DNA of 64,000 bases from Caldisphaera sp. (GTDB taxonomy: Archaea; Thermoproteota; Thermoprotei_A; Sulfolobales; Acidilobaceae): the NCBI GenBank assembly GCA_049971805.1, contig JBMFKU010000001.1:32001-96000 (forward strand), read 5' to 3'. This document shows positions 61,110-64,000 of this stretch, piece by piece; the first letter of the stretch is position 1; each line of letters starts with the position of its first letter. The translations under genes were made by a program, and so were the position numbers. The notes beneath the pieces were generated by a model, which made no database searches, was not told the origin of the DNA, and was given only the letters and a program-made list of their open reading frames with translations.

Positions 61110-63214
61110 TGAAGGTTAAAATCGATGGTAAAGAATTAAATTTTAATAAGAAAATAACGATATTAAATGCAGCGAGAAGCATAGGTATAGATATACCGAG
61201 TTTGTGTTATGATGATCGCTTGTCTCCGTATGGTTCTTGCAGGTTATGCCTAGTTAACATAAAAAGTAAAGGTATTGTAACTTCTTGTAACACGTATATA
61301 GATGATGGTATGGAAATAGAAACAGAAAATGAAGAAATAAATAAATTAAGGGTAGAAAATTTAAAATTATTGTTACACAAATATCCAAAAGGTTATGATA
61401 AAAAATATGCAGATAAGAGATTTCATGAATTAATTAAAAAATATAGGTTAGAGGCAAAGATAGAAAGTGAAGATACAAAATTGATTGATTCTACTCATCC
61501 ATTAATTTATGTTAATATGAATAGATGTATTAATTGCTACAATTGTGTTAGAGCATGCGAAGATATAGTAGGAAAGCTTGTCTGGAGATCTGTTAATAGA
61601 GGTTATAATACGTTAGTAATAGCAGAAGGTAATAAATTAGGTAATAGCTCTTGTATAAGTTGTAGAACGTGCATTGACGTATGTCCGAGCGGAGCTATCG
61701 AGGATTCGATTTTAATTAAAAACGTGTATCCTCAAAGATGGATAGACTCTACATGCTCTACATGCTCTATTGCATGCCCAGTTAAAATTGGCCTATCTAA
61801 CAATGATCCTTCTTTAGTTAAGTTAGATGATAAAAAACTTAAATATGCAACTGATTGCTTGCTTGGAGAATATCATTGGGAAGATACATACTACAGCATA
61901 GAAAGAATATATTATCCTTTAATCAGAGCAGAAAATAACTTTTTAAAAACAAATTATGATCATGCTATAAATTACTTAGCGAGTAACATAAAAGACATAA
62001 TCTCTAAATATGGGCCAGATAAAATAGGTTTTTTAGTTGCAAATAGATTAACTATGGAAGAGTATTATGTGTTGCAAAAACTTGGCAGAGATGTAATAAA
62101 GACAAATAATATAGGTTCTAACTTAGATATTTGTTTTAAAGATGACTTAAATAATTTATTAAATTCTATAGGTTTTGTTCATTCTTCTATAGCTTTAGAT
62201 AAATTAGATGAATCAAAGGTAGTATTTGTAGTAGGAGAGATTGATAGGTATCATCCTGCATTATCTTCTATTATTAGAAAAATATCCTTGCAAGGGAAGA
62301 CAAGTTTGATTGTAATAGACTCATTAAATAGCAACAAACCTATACATAATGCATCCGATATTTATATAAATGTTGATGAAAGCACTATGGCTAGAATTTT
62401 CAAATATATAAATTATTTGCTAATAAAAGAAAATAGATATGATAGAGAATACATAAATAATATAGAAAATTTGAATTCATATTATAAAAAAATTGAGAAT
62501 GAAATTAAGAATAAAGAAGACCTAATTCCACTATATGAAAAACTAGATGCAATATTTAGGCTCATAAGTGAAAATAAACCTATAACTTTTATAGTCGAGT
62601 TAAACAATGATAATGAATTAAGTAAGGAAATAATAAACACGTATTTGCTTTCTAACAATAGCAAATTAAACAATAAAATTATACCTTTGTTTGGTAGCTG
62701 CGATTTAATAGATTCTCTTTATATGGGCGTTTCAAATAAATTTGAACCGGGATTAAAGCCAAGCAATAAAACCGGTTTGGATGGACTATCAATAATAGAA
62801 AAAGCAGAGAAGGGGGAAATAAAGGGTTTAATTGTTATTGGTAATTCACTATTAAATTCAAATTTGTATAGGGAAAAAATACTAAAAGCATTAAAAAGAG
62901 TGGACTTTATAGCGCAAATAACTCCAAAATTTGATATTGTTGCTAAATATTATGCCAAATTAATTATACCATCTCCTACAAGCCTAGAAAAAGATGGCCA
63001 TTATTTAAGCATCGATATGAAGATAAGGAAATCAAATAAAGCAATAGATAATGGGATAAAACAGGAATTTAATATATTTAATGAGATTTCAAAATCGCTT
63101 AATGGCTTTTATTATAAAAGTAATGAAGAAGTCTGGAATGAAATTGGTTCTATTAATGAATACTTAAACAATATCCTAATTAATAAATTTAAGGGAGGAT
63201 ACCTGTTAATATAG
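61109..63214 (+). CDS. NuoG/formate dehydrogenase alpha-like Fe-S subunit, degenerate molybdopterin domain
   Basis: IPSLC..CRLC..C 2Fe-2S, two CxxCxxC 4Fe-4S motifs, CSTCSIAC, LP..SLEKDG; C-terminal domain appears absent. Confidence 0.8.
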   Translation: MKVKIDGKELNFNKKITILNAARSIGIDIPSLCYDDRLSPYGSCRLCLVNIKSKGIVTSCNTYIDDGMEIETENEEINKLRVENLKLLLHKYPKGYDKKYADKRFHELIKKYRLEAKIESEDTKLIDSTHPLIYVNMNRCINCYNCVRACEDIVGKLVWRSVNRGYNTLVIAEGNKLGNSSCISCRTCIDVCPSGAIEDSILIKNVYPQRWIDSTCSTCSIACPVKIGLSNNDPSLVKLDDKKLKYATDCLLGEYHWEDTYYSIERIYYPLIRAENNFLKTNYDHAINYLASNIKDIISKYGPDKIGFLVANRLTMEEYYVLQKLGRDVIKTNNIGSNLDICFKDDLNNLLNSIGFVHSSIALDKLDESKVVFVVGEIDRYHPALSSIIRKISLQGKTSLIVIDSLNSNKPIHNASDIYINVDESTMARIFKYINYLLIKENRYDREYINNIENLNSYYKKIENEIKNKEDLIPLYEKLDAIFRLISENKPITFIVELNNDNELSKEIINTYLLSNNSKLNNKIIPLFGSCDLIDSLYMGVSNKFEPGLKPSNKTGLDGLSIIEKAEKGEIKGLIVIGNSLLNSNLYREKILKALKRVDFIAQITPKFDIVAKYYAKLIIPSPTSLEKDGHYLSIDMKIRKSNKAIDNGIKQEFNIFNEISKSLNGFYYKSNEEVWNEIGSINEYLNNILINKFKGGYLLI

Positions 63215-63309
63215 TTAAAATAAAACATTTTTAATAGATAAGAAGGTATAATGAGATATAATGAAAAGCTTAATTATTCTTTTATGTATAGATACAAGGG
63301 GGGACTTAA

Positions 63310-63822
63310 GTGGTTAAACTATTAATGGCTATTCCTAATAAGTGCACAGGTTGTGGGAGATGTGAAGAAGCTTGTTCATTTCATCATTTTAATATTATTG
63401 ATCCTACCCTTTCTGCAATACATGTAGTAAGGATAGAAAATGAGCCTTTAGATGCTCCAGTATTTTGCATACAATGTGGATTGTGTACTCTTCCAGGAGT
63501 ATGCCCAGAAAATGCTATTTATAGGGATCCAAACACATTTGCAGTTATAATAGATAGAAATAAATGTGATGGCTGTACAAATTGTATTGCAGTTTGCCCA
63601 TATGGTGTTATAACATTAGATCATATTGAGAAGAAAGCTATAAAATGTGATTTATGTGGAGGAGATCCTCAATGTGTAAAGGCATGTCCTGAAGGTGCTT
63701 TGCAATATCTGGAAGCTGACGATTCGGCATATTATAAAAGATATTTCTTTGCTCAAATGCAAAAGAAAGGGCTTATACCAATAGTACCATATCCATCCCC
63801 AGGTACAAGGGAGGCTGTTTAA
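63310..63822 (+). CDS. 4x[4Fe-4S] ferredoxin-like subunit (DmsB/AOR partner)
   Basis: CTGCGRCEEAC, CIQC..C....CP, CDGCTNCIAVCP and CDLC....CVKACP motifs. Confidence 0.92.
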   Translation: MVKLLMAIPNKCTGCGRCEEACSFHHFNIIDPTLSAIHVVRIENEPLDAPVFCIQCGLCTLPGVCPENAIYRDPNTFAVIIDRNKCDGCTNCIAVCPYGVITLDHIEKKAIKCDLCGGDPQCVKACPEGALQYLEADDSAYYKRYFFAQMQKKGLIPIVPYPSPGTREAV

Positions 63823-63823
63823 G

Positions 63824-64000
63824 ATGAAGGAATGGTATGGTTATACAGGTAGAATTTTAAGAGTAGATTTAAGCAAAGGTAAAGTAGTTGTTGATGAGTT
63901 AAAAGATGATTGGCCAAAGCTTTATGTCGGTGGTTTGGGATTTGCTGCAAGGATAATGTGGGATGAGTTTACTCCATTAACTGATCCATTATCTCCAGAA
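63824..64000 (+). CDS. tungsten aldehyde:ferredoxin oxidoreductase (AOR family), N-terminus only
   Basis: Hand translation MKEWYGYTGRILRVDLSKG...YVGGLGFAARIMWDE....DPLSPE; runs off the window. Confidence 0.9.
   Translation, partial: MKEWYGYTGRILRVDLSKGKVVVDELKDDWPKLYVGGLGFAARIMWDEFTPLTDPLSPE

Overview
AT-rich (roughly 30% GC) chromosomal segment of a thermoacidophilic crenarchaeon. Reverse gyrase, CdvA/ESCRT-III, PBP2, a SelD-like protein and AcnX suggest Acidilobales/Desulfurococcales, possibly Caldisphaera-like. It is mostly housekeeping and metabolic genes (trpS, acs, icd, mtnA, ilvBHC, rgy, cysteine synthase, ALDH, NuoEF/NuoG-like plus AOR), with one tRNA-Leu(CAA) and four box C/D sRNAs read from the sequence. 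Several decayed IS607/IS605-type relics sit in intergenic gaps. The most unusual part is 18.8-22.1 kb. There, a tandem Lrp/AsnC-like regulator converges on an unannotated 55-aa signal-peptide-bearing micro-ORF (candidate archaeal peptide-signalling pair). It is followed by an internally deleted IS607 and a ~250-nt GC-rich, structured, promoter-preceded RNA candidate that fits no class I recognise, upstream of a DUF2797 gene. Other oddities are a homopolymer-frameshifted Ser/Thr phosphatase, a perfect 30-bp palindrome, a 27-bp tandem repeat before ilvB, a divergent cdvA/ESCRT-III pair and a degenerate FDH-alpha-like subunit next to an AOR. All product calls come from motif recognition, not database searches.
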